Below, piece by piece: positions 29,017 to 39,147 of a stretch of 64,000 nucleotides of DNA. The notes beneath the pieces were generated by a model. The model was not told the DNA's origin. It ran no database searches and saw only the letters and a program-made list of their open reading frames with translations. Each line of letters begins with the position of its first letter. Within the stretch, counting starts at the first letter, position 1. The translations under genes were made by a program, and so were the position numbers. The stretch is from Acutalibacteraceae bacterium. Lineage in GTDB: Bacteria; Bacillota; Clostridia; Oscillospirales; Acutalibacteraceae. The stretch covers positions 3,008 to 67,007 of the forward strand of contig JAZSCO010000006.1 of the NCBI GenBank assembly GCA_045602965.1. Reading direction: 5' to 3'.

Positions 29017-32000
29017 TTAGCCTCTTCTTTCCTGGGCTTCCTTACGGTGGATTCTGATTTCCTCCCAAAGGTCGTCGAGATCCTTATCTTCGAGGGATTC
29101 AGTTGCGACACGAATCATATCATCAATATATTCACTGAAGTTATCTTTCCAGTTTTCAAGATACCAGTCAATATTTGCGTCGAACTTCTTATACTGTTCA
29201 ACGATGAATCTGCCGTAAAGCAAGTCAACATCGTTTGAGAGGGTCATGGTCTTCATGTAGTCATAAACAACGTCGAGCATAACCTTCATGATATCTGCGC
29301 CGAGGTTCTTATCAAAGTTTGCGGAAGGGGTTGAAACCTTGAGAAGAGTTGCAAGGTCAAACAGAGTGAGGTTATCTTTGTTGTATTCCTTGGTTTCAAG
29401 AGCATCAAGTCTTGTCTTGAGCTTACTTGTTGCGAATGAAACCTTGGTTGCGCCGTTGATTTCCTTTTCGAAAATTCTTTCGGCGGCGCTGATAATGCAG
29501 TTAACGATAACGGGATTGATTGTGAGAGCGTCAAGAACTTCATAGAAGTTGTCGCAGGGAGTCTGGTTGGAAACAACGAAGTCTTCTGCCTTGCAGCCCT
29601 TGATTTCAAGTCTGTAAAGATATTTGCCTTCGGAAACCTTCGAATATTTGATCATGTCGAAGATAAGACCGAGCATGAATGCCTTGTAAATTTTGTTTTC
29701 CTGAGCAATCTGGTTCTTGTCGTCGAGGTCGGGGATAGCGGAAATGATATGCCAGTTACGGTCGATATGAGGAGTGATAACGGGAGTCTTGTCTGACTTG
29801 GGCTTGATCTGACTTACAAGTTCATAATAAGCCTTGAAGTATTCGCCTTCGCCTCTTCCTGTTTCGTCAGCGGGAGCAAACTTCGAGAGTTTGTTTGCTC
29901 TGAGACCGTAGATTGACTGATAGAACATAATCATGCCGAGAGGGATATCCTCATCGGGAGTACCGCCGTAGTTCTTGAGTTCTTTTGAGATGAGGCTTGA
30001 TCTGGGTGAATCGTCGCAGGGATCAAGCTTGGTATTATATGTGCAGGCGGAGATGGGAGCTTTCTGTTCGCCGAGAGGTCTTTCAATGAACGGATTGGAA
30101 AGCTTTCTTGTTTCAGCGATAACGTGCTTGACGTACTGCTCAACCTTTGCGGAATCGCATTCGTTCTGCTCAAGTTCAGCTTCTTTTTCAAGAGCGGTGA
30201 TGATGTCCATATTAACATCTTCGCCGTAGGTCTGCATGAGTTTTTTCTTGAAGTAGCCGATGATGCCGACTTCGAAGATTTCGCTGAAGTAGCCGTTGTT
30301 ATCGGGCTTATCCTTGAGCATTGAATAATTTCTGACCTTTGAGTAGATATCGTCTGCAAGGTCGCCGTCGATTGCAACAGCGCTGCCTGTGTAAGGCATT
30401 TTTGCAACAAGTTTGCCGAGGCAGTTGGATGAAGCGCAAACGTAACGAGCGGTCTTGCCTGAAGTGTGGTTATATTTCTTGGAGATAACGTTGATTCTTC
30501 TTGTGATGCTGTTGATCTTGCTTTCGAATGAAAGATAGAAGCTCTGGAAAGCATCGCAAAGACCGTTAACGTAGTCAATACCTTCTGCAAGAACAGCGGC
30601 AAGGATACCGTTAACGCGGTATTCGTCAGCCTTCTTCATGTAAGTGAGGAAGCTCTGCTTCATATCCTGCTGGTCGCCTGTGAGCTTACCGAGACGGTTA
30701 GCTGCGGAGATGCGGCGATCGCTGAGCTGATCGATTGATTCTTCGTCTTCTGTCTTGGGATCGTCGAATGTGTTCTTGAAATCTTCGAAGAACTTTTCAA
30801 CGTCACGGAGTCTCTTGTCAACCATTCTCTTTTCGGCCTTGAGAAGTTCGAATGCCTGATAGAGGAAATATCTTACTGCGTTGGGATGGATGAAGTTACC
30901 TTCACCGTCACGGAGATATGTTTCGAGCTGATAGCTCTGTTTTTCTTTTGTTACGGCATCGTTCTTTGCTTTGAAGATGGAGTAAGCGATTGTTCTTGCG
31001 GTGTCTTCGCTGCGCTTAACAATCATTGCGCGATATTTATCCATCTCTCTGAATGCATCCTGGAATTCGGACCATACTTCTGTGCCGCCCTTGATTTCGT
31101 CAACGGCAAGCTTTGCATTCTGCTTCTGGGAATCAAGGTCGGACTGACCTGATGAGGAGTTGATTTCAACGAATTTCTTGAGGTTGCCGACATACATCTC
31201 CCAACGAACGCCTTCCTTGGTGAGACCGCTTTCGTCGAAGATTGTGCACTGATTTACGATTGAGAGAGCAAAAGGATTCTTCTGCTTTGACATCTGTTCA
31301 ACGGATTCGATATAGTCGATGGCGGGGTTAGCGTCTTTTACTGCATAACCCTGGCTGCGCATTTCTGCGTTGTTGATGCACTTTTCTTTGTACATACGGT
31401 CGAAAACAAGCCACTGGTCGGAAACGCATTCCTGAGTCCACTTGAGAGCGATGTATTCTTTAACGTCATCAACGGGATAGATAAGCATTGGGCTGCCTGC
31501 GCCTGCATAACGGTTACGGCCCTGTTCTGCGCAAAGCTCACGGATTGTGTTGTCTTCAGAGGAGTTGCTGCGCTTGTTCATGGGACCGATTGACTGCGAA
31601 TAGATGCAGTTTGCAGCGTGATCAAGATACTGATTGAAGTCGTTGAGCTTTTTGCCTTCTGTATTCTGTGCATCGAAAAGGAAGCAGAAGTCATAGGGTC
31701 TTACGTTATATTCTTCAAATTCACCTGAGCCTACGCGGGGGAATTCAAGCTTGACTGTGTCAGCATATTTGTCGGGGAGAGTAGCGTCACCCTTCATTAG
31801 GAATGCATCAAGTTCGCGGAGAGTTGCATATGCATTGCACTTGAGGTTGTTACGTTCAGCCTGACCGCGGATAACTTCATAGAAAACTTCGGGAAGAATG
31901 AAGAAGCCTCTGGTGATGTTAGCGCTCTGCTGGAATCTTGTTGTAAGGAAATTTTTGATGTATGCAGCAACGGGGAGAATGAGACCCGAGCCTGTACCGC

Positions 32001-32442
32001 CTGCCAATGAGCTGACGATGATAACGCGGAGAGCCTGATCTGACTGCTCTTCCTCGAGCTTGTAAAGATCTTCGATTGCAGTGTGAAGGGGTTCCATGTT
32101 GCCTGCTCGGATAGCAGTATCAAGCGCAAGTCTTGAAATAGCACGCACCTGACCTGCACCTTCTGTGAGAGTTTTGCTGTTGAGGATTGCATTAACGGGG
32201 AACCAGGTATCTCTTGCATGAGTGTCGATGTTCAGATATTCTCCGACGGAGAGTTTTGTTGAAGTCTGAACAGTCTTGATGAAGGGATTTGCTTCGCGGA
32301 TTTCGCGGAGTTCGTTGATGTCTGTGTCGAAAACTGCGAATCCGATGCGTTTGCGCTGTTCCTCAGTTACCATTTTGGAAACACGGCAAACAATCTTAGA
32401 GCCTGTGCCTCCGAGACCTACTAATAATGTCGGTGCAATCAT
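29017..32442 (-). CDS. Tubulin/FtsZ-like GTPase (Tubulin_2/FtsZl1 type) with long helical C-terminal extension
   Basis: VGLGGTGSKI, FDTD, EGAGQVRAISR, SSLAGGTGSG, ILPEVF, NAYATLRELD nucleotide-binding loops. Confidence 0.9.
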   Translation of the reverse strand: MIAPTLLVGLGGTGSKIVCRVSKMVTEEQRKRIGFAVFDTDINELREIREANPFIKTVQTSTKLSVGEYLNIDTHARDTWFPVNAILNSKTLTEGAGQVRAISRLALDTAIRAGNMEPLHTAIEDLYKLEEEQSDQALRVIIVSSLAGGTGSGLILPVAAYIKNFLTTRFQQSANITRGFFILPEVFYEVIRGQAERNNLKCNAYATLRELDAFLMKGDATLPDKYADTVKLEFPRVGSGEFEEYNVRPYDFCFLFDAQNTEGKKLNDFNQYLDHAANCIYSQSIGPMNKRSNSSEDNTIRELCAEQGRNRYAGAGSPMLIYPVDDVKEYIALKWTQECVSDQWLVFDRMYKEKCINNAEMRSQGYAVKDANPAIDYIESVEQMSKQKNPFALSIVNQCTIFDESGLTKEGVRWEMYVGNLKKFVEINSSSGQSDLDSQKQNAKLAVDEIKGGTEVWSEFQDAFREMDKYRAMIVKRSEDTARTIAYSIFKAKNDAVTKEKQSYQLETYLRDGEGNFIHPNAVRYFLYQAFELLKAEKRMVDKRLRDVEKFFEDFKNTFDDPKTEDEESIDQLSDRRISAANRLGKLTGDQQDMKQSFLTYMKKADEYRVNGILAAVLAEGIDYVNGLCDAFQSFYLSFESKINSITRRINVISKKYNHTSGKTARYVCASSNCLGKLVAKMPYTGSAVAIDGDLADDIYSKVRNYSMLKDKPDNNGYFSEIFEVGIIGYFKKKLMQTYGEDVNMDIITALEKEAELEQNECDSAKVEQYVKHVIAETRKLSNPFIERPLGEQKAPISACTYNTKLDPCDDSPRSSLISKELKNYGGTPDEDIPLGMIMFYQSIYGLRANKLSKFAPADETGRGEGEYFKAYYELVSQIKPKSDKTPVITPHIDRNWHIISAIPDLDDKNQIAQENKIYKAFMLGLIFDMIKYSKVSEGKYLYRLEIKGCKAEDFVVSNQTPCDNFYEVLDALTINPVIVNCIISAAERIFEKEINGATKVSFATSKLKTRLDALETKEYNKDNLTLFDLATLLKVSTPSANFDKNLGADIMKVMLDVVYDYMKTMTLSNDVDLLYGRFIVEQYKKFDANIDWYLENWKDNFSEYIDDMIRVATESLEDKDLDDLWEEIRIHRKEAQERRG

Positions 32443-32473
32443 GATTGTTTCCTCCTATATAGAAAATATTTTT

Positions 32474-34624
32474 TTATCTGTTCAAATAGCAAGTGTATGT
32501 GAATTCTGTTGTTCTGAGTGAAATAGATGAACTTGCGCCGATGCGGTAAGGCTTTACTCTGCCGGCTTCAATTGCCATTCCGTTGAACGAGAATTCTTCC
32601 TTACCTGCAAAGTTTTTCATGTTTGTAATGTACATTCCGTTTCCGCCTGCAGCCTTGAGATGAGCTGTTTTCTTATGGGGTGACGGTGAGAAAACGACGA
32701 AGCCTGTTTCAGCTTTATAAGGAATCAAGGTCGACAGGGTGTTGCGTTTGAATTTGCCGTGAACCTCTTTGTCCTTACCGCCGATCTTTTCTGCACTGCA
32801 TTCAATGATGGGTCTTTTCTTGAGCTTTCTGGGAAGATATTTCTTGAAGGGGGGAATGTAGCCGAGAATGAGAATAAGGAGCGCAAGGCTGATTGTAAGT
32901 TCCGGCCAGTGATCTGACAGCCAATCCTTGACTCGGTCCATAAAGGTGATTGTGCTGCCGATTTCAAAGTTGTCTTCGAGCTTACCCTGTGCAGATGAAA
33001 GACCCTGTTTGAATCCGCCTTCAACAACCACGGGGATTTTTCCGCTTGCGGTTTCAAGAGGATTGCCGTCCTTAAGAGTGGGATAGACTTTGAAACTGCC
33101 GATTGTTTCAGCTTTTTCGATTCTGAATTCACCAAGATCAGCGGTTGTTGTGACGGTGGGAACGCCGAGAAGCTTCCACTGTTCTTCTGTCAGGTCAACG
33201 ATTCCGTCGCCGCTGTCTATCTGAACGCTGAGAATCATGGGGTCTTCAGGATTTTCAAAGCCGTCGGTGTTCAGAGTGTAAACGGGTTTTTTATCGAACT
33301 TGAAAATAATATCGTTTTTGCAGTAAACCTGATAAGAAAGATTTGCCGTAACGGTGTTATATTCAAGGAATCTTGCTGTAACGTCGATATCGATTTTTCC
33401 GTCTTTGATTGTGATTGTATCGCCCGACATGGCTTCGGAGGTTTTTGTTTCACCGTTTGAAGTTGTGTTAACGATAGAGGACTTATATTCGATATTGCCC
33501 AAAAGAGAGGTGTCCGTAACCTTTTCGCCGTTTGTACCGTTGACGAAACCAAATTCAAGTCGGTATGTGCCTGCTACGAGGTTGTCCTTTTCGGTAACCT
33601 CTTCGTTATCCTGGTTGAACAAATATGCAACGATTGAAACATTGGGTTTATAGTAAACCTGAATGTTGTCCGCACCGCTGACGTTCAATTTGTATGTTCC
33701 GGGTTCGAAGTCAGTGTTGAAGGTTGCAACGTAGCCGTTCAGATTATCGGCAACGATAACCTTATCGACGGGATAATTCTTGTCAATGGTTGCTGTCTGA
33801 CTGTACTGAACATGAACGTTTGATGAAGCATTCACCTTTTTACCGTCAGCAGAGGAAATGCCGTCTATCTTAACGGATTTACCCTGAGCAAAAACTATGA
33901 GCTGGCTCATCGGAATATTGAACGAAACGTTGTTTGCTTCGTCAACATTGAGGGCGTTACTCTGGAAAATGCGGTTGCAGATACGGGTAATCTTCAGAAG
34001 AATGTCTGTTGTGTTTTCTGCTTTTTCAAAGTAGATGTGCTTATCGGGATCGGGAGTGATAACAGCTGCTTCAGGTCCCATCGAAAGCATCATGACTCTT
34101 GTTTTGCCGTCATTAACGCATTCCTGAAAATAATTTTCAACTCTTGAGTTGCTTGCGTCGTTGAATTCACCGTCGGTAAGAACAACCAACCAGCGTTCAT
34201 CGGAATTGACTGTTTTCAGGTCTTCGTAAGCTTTCTTGACCGAACCGAAAGGAGTGTCGGAAGCATCAGTAATCAGGTCGTGAATCTTTTTGACGTTTGC
34301 CTCGGTTACGCTTGCATCCTTGCTGCCCTTCAGGCTTAATTTGGGCGGTGCAGTTGTTGACCCGTCGGCATAATCACTCATGTAATAGATGTTGAGGGTT
34401 TCTTTCTCGCCAAGCATACCCGCGAAAACTTCCATGGCGTATTTTGCCTGACACCAGGTATCAACATATTTGGAGCCTGTGTCGGAGCCGGTACGGATCA
34501 TACTTCCCGAGTCGTCATAAACCAGGTTAATGGTTCTTGTGGGAATAAATGTTTCGGCATGAGCCGTCAGGCAAAGAGGCAACAGCATCAGCAGAACCAA
34601 TGCAATCGCTGCAACTCGTTTCAT
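32474..34624 (-). CDS. Secreted, membrane-anchored von Willebrand factor A domain protein
   Basis: Signal peptide (AHA); MIDAS VYDDSGSM, DTP, LVVLTDGEFND; TM near aa 575-592; basic cytoplasmic tail. Confidence 0.88.
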   Translation of the reverse strand: MKRVAAIALVLLMLLPLCLTAHAETFIPTRTINLVYDDSGSMIRTGSDTGSKYVDTWCQAKYAMEVFAGMLGEKETLNIYYMSDYADGSTTAPPKLSLKGSKDASVTEANVKKIHDLITDASDTPFGSVKKAYEDLKTVNSDERWLVVLTDGEFNDASNSRVENYFQECVNDGKTRVMMLSMGPEAAVITPDPDKHIYFEKAENTTDILLKITRICNRIFQSNALNVDEANNVSFNIPMSQLIVFAQGKSVKIDGISSADGKKVNASSNVHVQYSQTATIDKNYPVDKVIVADNLNGYVATFNTDFEPGTYKLNVSGADNIQVYYKPNVSIVAYLFNQDNEEVTEKDNLVAGTYRLEFGFVNGTNGEKVTDTSLLGNIEYKSSIVNTTSNGETKTSEAMSGDTITIKDGKIDIDVTARFLEYNTVTANLSYQVYCKNDIIFKFDKKPVYTLNTDGFENPEDPMILSVQIDSGDGIVDLTEEQWKLLGVPTVTTTADLGEFRIEKAETIGSFKVYPTLKDGNPLETASGKIPVVVEGGFKQGLSSAQGKLEDNFEIGSTITFMDRVKDWLSDHWPELTISLALLILILGYIPPFKKYLPRKLKKRPIIECSAEKIGGKDKEVHGKFKRNTLSTLIPYKAETGFVVFSPSPHKKTAHLKAAGGNGMYITNMKNFAGKEEFSFNGMAIEAGRVKPYRIGASSSISLRTTEFTYTCYLNR

Positions 34625-34741
34625 AGAACATCTCCTCCGTTTCGGATTTGTTTTTGTTTTTTTGTCAAACTGATTTTAAAAATTACACTGCGCCTTCGAA
34701 AAATGCATAAAAATACACTTTTCGACTGTTACAGATAATTT

Positions 34742-34770
34742 ATTCTAACACTTTAAAATACTAATGTCAA
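34742..34770 (-). promoter_or_regulatory. Sigma-A type promoter for the vWA-tubulin operon
   Basis: TTGACA-17-TAGAAT with extended TG on the minus strand. Confidence 0.7.
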
Positions 34771-34830
34771 TTATTTATAATATAAATATTAAAAGAAACA
34801 TCACAGTTTTTAAAGCTAACGTCGGGGAAT

Positions 34831-34864
34831 AAAAAACCGACCCCGTCAATGGACGGAGTCGGTA
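34831..34864 (-). terminator. Terminator after CASTOR-like gene
   Basis: accgac-ccgtc-aatg-gacgg-gtcggt hairpin with A5 on the + strand. Confidence 0.7.
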
Positions 34865-34886
34865 TGCTGAATGATATTGAATTGAT

Positions 34887-36992
34887 TTAATGAGCAGCGA
34901 ACAAAATAATCTTGTCCTTTTCTCCGAATTCAACGGGAACATTGTTTAAATCACCGCCGAAAATCACAATCTCACCTTCGGGTTTAACATATCCGAGAAC
35001 GACGGTAGGATTGACAGTGCCGTATTCTTTTTCGTTTACGGACGCTTCGAAAACGCCTCTTATCAGTTGAGCTGCGGTTGTCTTTTCGGGAATACTGCTG
35101 AAATAGCGTTTGACTTTCTTTATATAAACTTCCTTGCTGCTGTATGTATGATCGTTTGAGGAATCATAGGAAAGGATATCCGAGTAAAGTTCAAACAAAG
35201 CGCTGTACTCACTTATCTGAGTAATCATCTTGCTTATGTATCTGTTGCTTATAACAACGTTGTTAACACTGTAACTGTTGACGATATCGTGGTGTTTGGG
35301 GTCGATGATTTCAACAACGATGTCAATGCTGTCAAGGTCATACTTCGGGTTTTCCTTCACTTTTTTATCGATAATATCTCTGACATAAATCAGATTTGCA
35401 AGAGCGCCTGCATCAATGTCTTCGTTGAGAACGGAGTCGTCGGAAAGGATCAGTATACTCACGTCTTCTGATGTTGAGGAAACGAAGCGTTCTATGGTTG
35501 AACAAATGATTTCTTTGTCATATACATCAGCTTCAACGGTTTCAACAACAAACGGATATTCACGGTAATGGTTCATTTTTTCAAGATGCTTTTTCTCGTC
35601 GATGACAACGATTCTTACGATTTCATCATCGCCTTTTTTCCACTCGTTGCTGAAGCTTGCAAAGCCGGCCATAATATTCTTGCACTTGCTGTTGTGACCG
35701 AGAATAATGACGTTTTTAGGCTCAATCCAATAATTACTGTTCAGTGAAACTTTGTAGGATGTTGACGGAATCTGAGATTTTTTATGAACGTCTTCATCGT
35801 TATTTGCAAGGTAGAAAGCAAATTCACCGTCTGAGGTTTTCATTGTTGTGACGGGAATTGCATGGTTATGATTTTTCAGATAACTGCCGATGAAGGCTTT
35901 TTCACTCTCAAAAGACTGCTTGACAGAGTGGAATTCTGCGCCTTTGTTGGAAAAAATTTCGCTGTAAACGGAGTTGAGTTCGGGCATAAGACAGAATTGC
36001 GAAAGCAACTGGCCCAGAACCTCGTTAACACGAACGGGAACAATATTGCATTTTCCGTCAACCTGTTTTGCCGTGATTATTTTCTGAACAAGTTCCATTG
36101 TCCAATCGTCGGTTATTTCAACAATAACCTTCTGGTTATCCGCCGAAGAAGCAGCGGCAGTAATATCCGCAACCTGCATCAGTGTTTTAACGGTTTGCGA
36201 ATTGCCACGGCCGTTTTCTTCTATTCTTTCTTTCTGTTCAAGTTTACATACTGTGTTATTGACGTCGTTTCCGAGAATAATAACCGCTTTTGCTTTTGCC
36301 AGGGAAACGTCATTGAGCTGCATGGAAGAAAAAACATCTCCGCAGCGAACGATAACCGTAACCTTTCTTTTGAAACGGTTTTTCATGATTGCGAGCTGTT
36401 TCTTGGGGAAGGGCAATGATTCATATTTTTTGATAATATCTCTGTTTTCCTTGTTGATAGTGTCCTGAAGTCTTTCTTCGATTTCTTTTTCTATCTCTTC
36501 TTTTCTGGACTGAACAAGAACAACAACCTTTTGTTTTTCGTCGCTGTAGAGCATATCATTTATGATTTCAGAGGCTCTGCTGTTCCAGTTAAGAATAACA
36601 AAGTGATTTGCAATATCAAGCTTTTTTCGTCCCGAATTCGAATTTTCAATGAAGCTGGAAATGTAGTTTGTAACGTAACCGATAACGGAGCCGGTAAATG
36701 AAATCATGCCAATCAACACAACGCAAAGGCAGACCAGAGTGATTGCTACGCCGGATTTACCGATATCTTCAACAACATACGAAATACATCCGGCATCCAG
36801 AATCATTGTTATGGTGCAGAATGCCGCTTCGATAATGCCCATTTTTTCTGTGCCTTCAAGAGACATCGCGCTGATTATAACCGATGCCAGAAGGAAAAAG
36901 ATGATGTTGAACAGTAAGATAACGCCAAGCACCATTCTTCCGGGGTTTTTAACCAACTGAATGCTGAACCACTCTTTGATTTTTGAAAACAT
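34887..36992 (-). CDS. CASTOR/POLLUX-like putative ion channel (2 TM + pore helix, tandem RCK domains)
   Basis: TM-(ITMILDAG pore-like)-TM; NHFVILNWN; KAKAVIILG; QFCLMPELNSVYSEIFSNKGAEF; IVVEIIDP..VVISNRYISKMITQISE. Confidence 0.75.
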   Translation of the reverse strand: MFSKIKEWFSIQLVKNPGRMVLGVILLFNIIFFLLASVIISAMSLEGTEKMGIIEAAFCTITMILDAGCISYVVEDIGKSGVAITLVCLCVVLIGMISFTGSVIGYVTNYISSFIENSNSGRKKLDIANHFVILNWNSRASEIINDMLYSDEKQKVVVLVQSRKEEIEKEIEERLQDTINKENRDIIKKYESLPFPKKQLAIMKNRFKRKVTVIVRCGDVFSSMQLNDVSLAKAKAVIILGNDVNNTVCKLEQKERIEENGRGNSQTVKTLMQVADITAAASSADNQKVIVEITDDWTMELVQKIITAKQVDGKCNIVPVRVNEVLGQLLSQFCLMPELNSVYSEIFSNKGAEFHSVKQSFESEKAFIGSYLKNHNHAIPVTTMKTSDGEFAFYLANNDEDVHKKSQIPSTSYKVSLNSNYWIEPKNVIILGHNSKCKNIMAGFASFSNEWKKGDDEIVRIVVIDEKKHLEKMNHYREYPFVVETVEADVYDKEIICSTIERFVSSTSEDVSILILSDDSVLNEDIDAGALANLIYVRDIIDKKVKENPKYDLDSIDIVVEIIDPKHHDIVNSYSVNNVVISNRYISKMITQISEYSALFELYSDILSYDSSNDHTYSSKEVYIKKVKRYFSSIPEKTTAAQLIRGVFEASVNEKEYGTVNPTVVLGYVKPEGEIVIFGGDLNNVPVEFGEKDKIILFAAH

Positions 36993-37303
36993 ACCCGATC
37001 TCCTTTTTTATAGCTGATGAAATACGCCGCGTTTTTAGTGAATATATCCGGGAATCAATTTCACAAACGTACTATTCAAAATTATATAGATACTCAAAAA
37101 TATTGTCAACCTTATTTGACAATTTACGATAAAAACCGACTGCTTTTTTGTTTAATTCGTTTCATCGTTGGTGTTTTGTTCGTGTGCTCCGAAAATTAAT
37201 TTGTTTGGCGATGTTTATTTGTGACGGTTTTTGCATTGTAATTTCCGACTGAATATGCTAAAATCAAAAAACGAAAAATTTTACGGAAAGAGAGGCGTAT
37301 GTT

Positions 37304-38950
37304 ATGGATTATGAACTTGGAACATCTGCGGCAACCGAAACTGCCTGCATGGGCAAATGCGGACATTCTCCCGTTATCGTTCTTCCGGGAATAAACCATT
37401 CGCCGACATATCTTTACGATAAAAATAATAAGCCTTGCATGTATAACGGCAGACGCATCGGCGGTACGCTTCTTATCCCCAACGAAGCTGCGCTTTCAAA
37501 AAAAGCAATTGCCAAGGTAATTGCGAGAGTGCTCGGAGCGGTTGTTTTCAGGACAGACTTTGGTATCGGCAAGGCGATGTATGATCTCGTTTGCGAAATT
37601 TTCAGGTTCCAGAGATGCGACGAAAAAGGTGATTATATTGAGAATCTTAAAACTCAGAGATGGAACCATTCTCTTAAAAATATGACTGAGGATGAGCTTG
37701 CCTGGGTTTACAGAATGGTGCCCATGAAGTCTCTTGTCGATGAAATCGGAGAGGATCATGTTTATTTCTTCACCTTCAATCTTGTCGGAGATCCCATGGA
37801 TTCCGCAGACGAACTCGACAAATATATCGAAATGGTAAAAGTGCAGACCGGTCATGATAAGGTAACGCTTCTTCCTGTCAGTCTCGGCGGAACAATTCTC
37901 ACTGCATATCTCGAAAAATACGGTCACGAAAAGATTGACAGAATCGTAAATACCGTTGCCTGTCTTGACGGTACAGACATCGCGGCAGATTTTTTTGCAA
38001 GAGAATGGCGGCTTGATGATGATTATTTTTATCACCAGTTTGTAACCGATGTTTTGGCTGAATCAAAGTGTAAAACCTCTCTCTCCCGTCTTGTAAATTC
38101 GCTTCTGCACATAATTCCGCAATCAGGCATTGACGCATTCCTTTCGGGTTCGATAAGCGGCATTCTTGACTCTATCATGCTCAATTGTCCCCAGTTCTGG
38201 GCGATGCTTCCTTCTTACAGATACAGCGTTCTTGCAGAGAGATATCTCGGCGGCAAACCGAAACTCAGAGCAAGAACCGACAGTTTTCAGGCGGCAAGAC
38301 TCAATCTCAGACAGAATATTCTCACCGCTGTTGCCGACGGCGTTCACGTTGACTTTATCGCATGTGCAAACCTTGATTTCGGTGAAGAAATGTATACATA
38401 TTTCAATATCGTTGCGTCGGCTGAAAAGGTTAATTCCGACGGCATCATCAACCTTTCGTCAACAACACTCGGCGCAACGGGAGCGTACGGCAAAAGCACT
38501 CTTGACGGTATGGATTACAAAAAACGCACATACTGCGATAATCCCGGCCATAACCACGTTTCATCCGACGGTACGGTTGATGTATCAACGGCGATTCTTC
38601 CCGAAAACACATGGATTTTTCTTGGACAGCACCATGAAGTGGGGCGTAACGATGTTGTTCTCAATCTCATAAAGGCGATAATTCTCGGCGAGGTTACAAA
38701 TGTCAACGATAACCCTGAAATGTATCCTCAATATAACGGGCTCTGCCATACTCAAAACATACGCAGATGGAAACTCCCCGAAGCAAAGAGGGTTGACCAA
38801 TCGAAACTTGGCGAAGATGACAAAGCAGAGCTCTGTGCAGCGATAGCTGAGGGTGAAGCCGTGCTCAGGTTAACCGTTGCTGACCAAACAAGAGCTGAGG
38901 CGGCGGAGGCGAGACTGATTGCAATTCTCCGTAAAGTCAGCACAGATTGA
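37304..38950 (+). CDS. Alpha/beta hydrolase (lipase/LCAT-like)
   Basis: PVIVLPGINHS, KVTLLPVSLGG nucleophile elbow, SDGII, late His (QHHE). Confidence 0.7.
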   Translation: MDYELGTSAATETACMGKCGHSPVIVLPGINHSPTYLYDKNNKPCMYNGRRIGGTLLIPNEAALSKKAIAKVIARVLGAVVFRTDFGIGKAMYDLVCEIFRFQRCDEKGDYIENLKTQRWNHSLKNMTEDELAWVYRMVPMKSLVDEIGEDHVYFFTFNLVGDPMDSADELDKYIEMVKVQTGHDKVTLLPVSLGGTILTAYLEKYGHEKIDRIVNTVACLDGTDIAADFFAREWRLDDDYFYHQFVTDVLAESKCKTSLSRLVNSLLHIIPQSGIDAFLSGSISGILDSIMLNCPQFWAMLPSYRYSVLAERYLGGKPKLRARTDSFQAARLNLRQNILTAVADGVHVDFIACANLDFGEEMYTYFNIVASAEKVNSDGIINLSSTTLGATGAYGKSTLDGMDYKKRTYCDNPGHNHVSSDGTVDVSTAILPENTWIFLGQHHEVGRNDVVLNLIKAIILGEVTNVNDNPEMYPQYNGLCHTQNIRRWKLPEAKRVDQSKLGEDDKAELCAAIAEGEAVLRLTVADQTRAEAAEARLIAILRKVSTD

Positions 38951-39024
38951 TATATAAAATCAAAACTACAATCACCCGAAGCGAGGAGATATCATGTTAT
39001 CAAACGTCTTGAAAGGGTGGTTTT

Positions 39025-39147
39025 TTGAACAAAGAATTATATGAAATAAATGCGGTCACATGCGTGGGGAATGTCAGAAAAAACAACGAAGACAACTTCT
39101 TCGCAAATGATTTTTTCTTTCTTATGCCCAAACAAATCAAGGGCTAA
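39025..39147 (+). pseudogene. 5' fragment of a PP2C-type Ser/Thr phosphatase gene
   Basis: RBS GAAAGGGTGG + TTG; MNKELYEINAVTCVGNVRKNNEDNFF..* contains the PP2C motif 1 pattern G-x-V-R-x-x-NED. Confidence 0.55.

Noticed and set aside
29017-32442. Annotating the tubulin-like gene as ftsZ
   Set aside because: It is 1141 aa, has AGGTGSG and NAYA motifs of the Tubulin_2 type, and has no dcw-cluster context.
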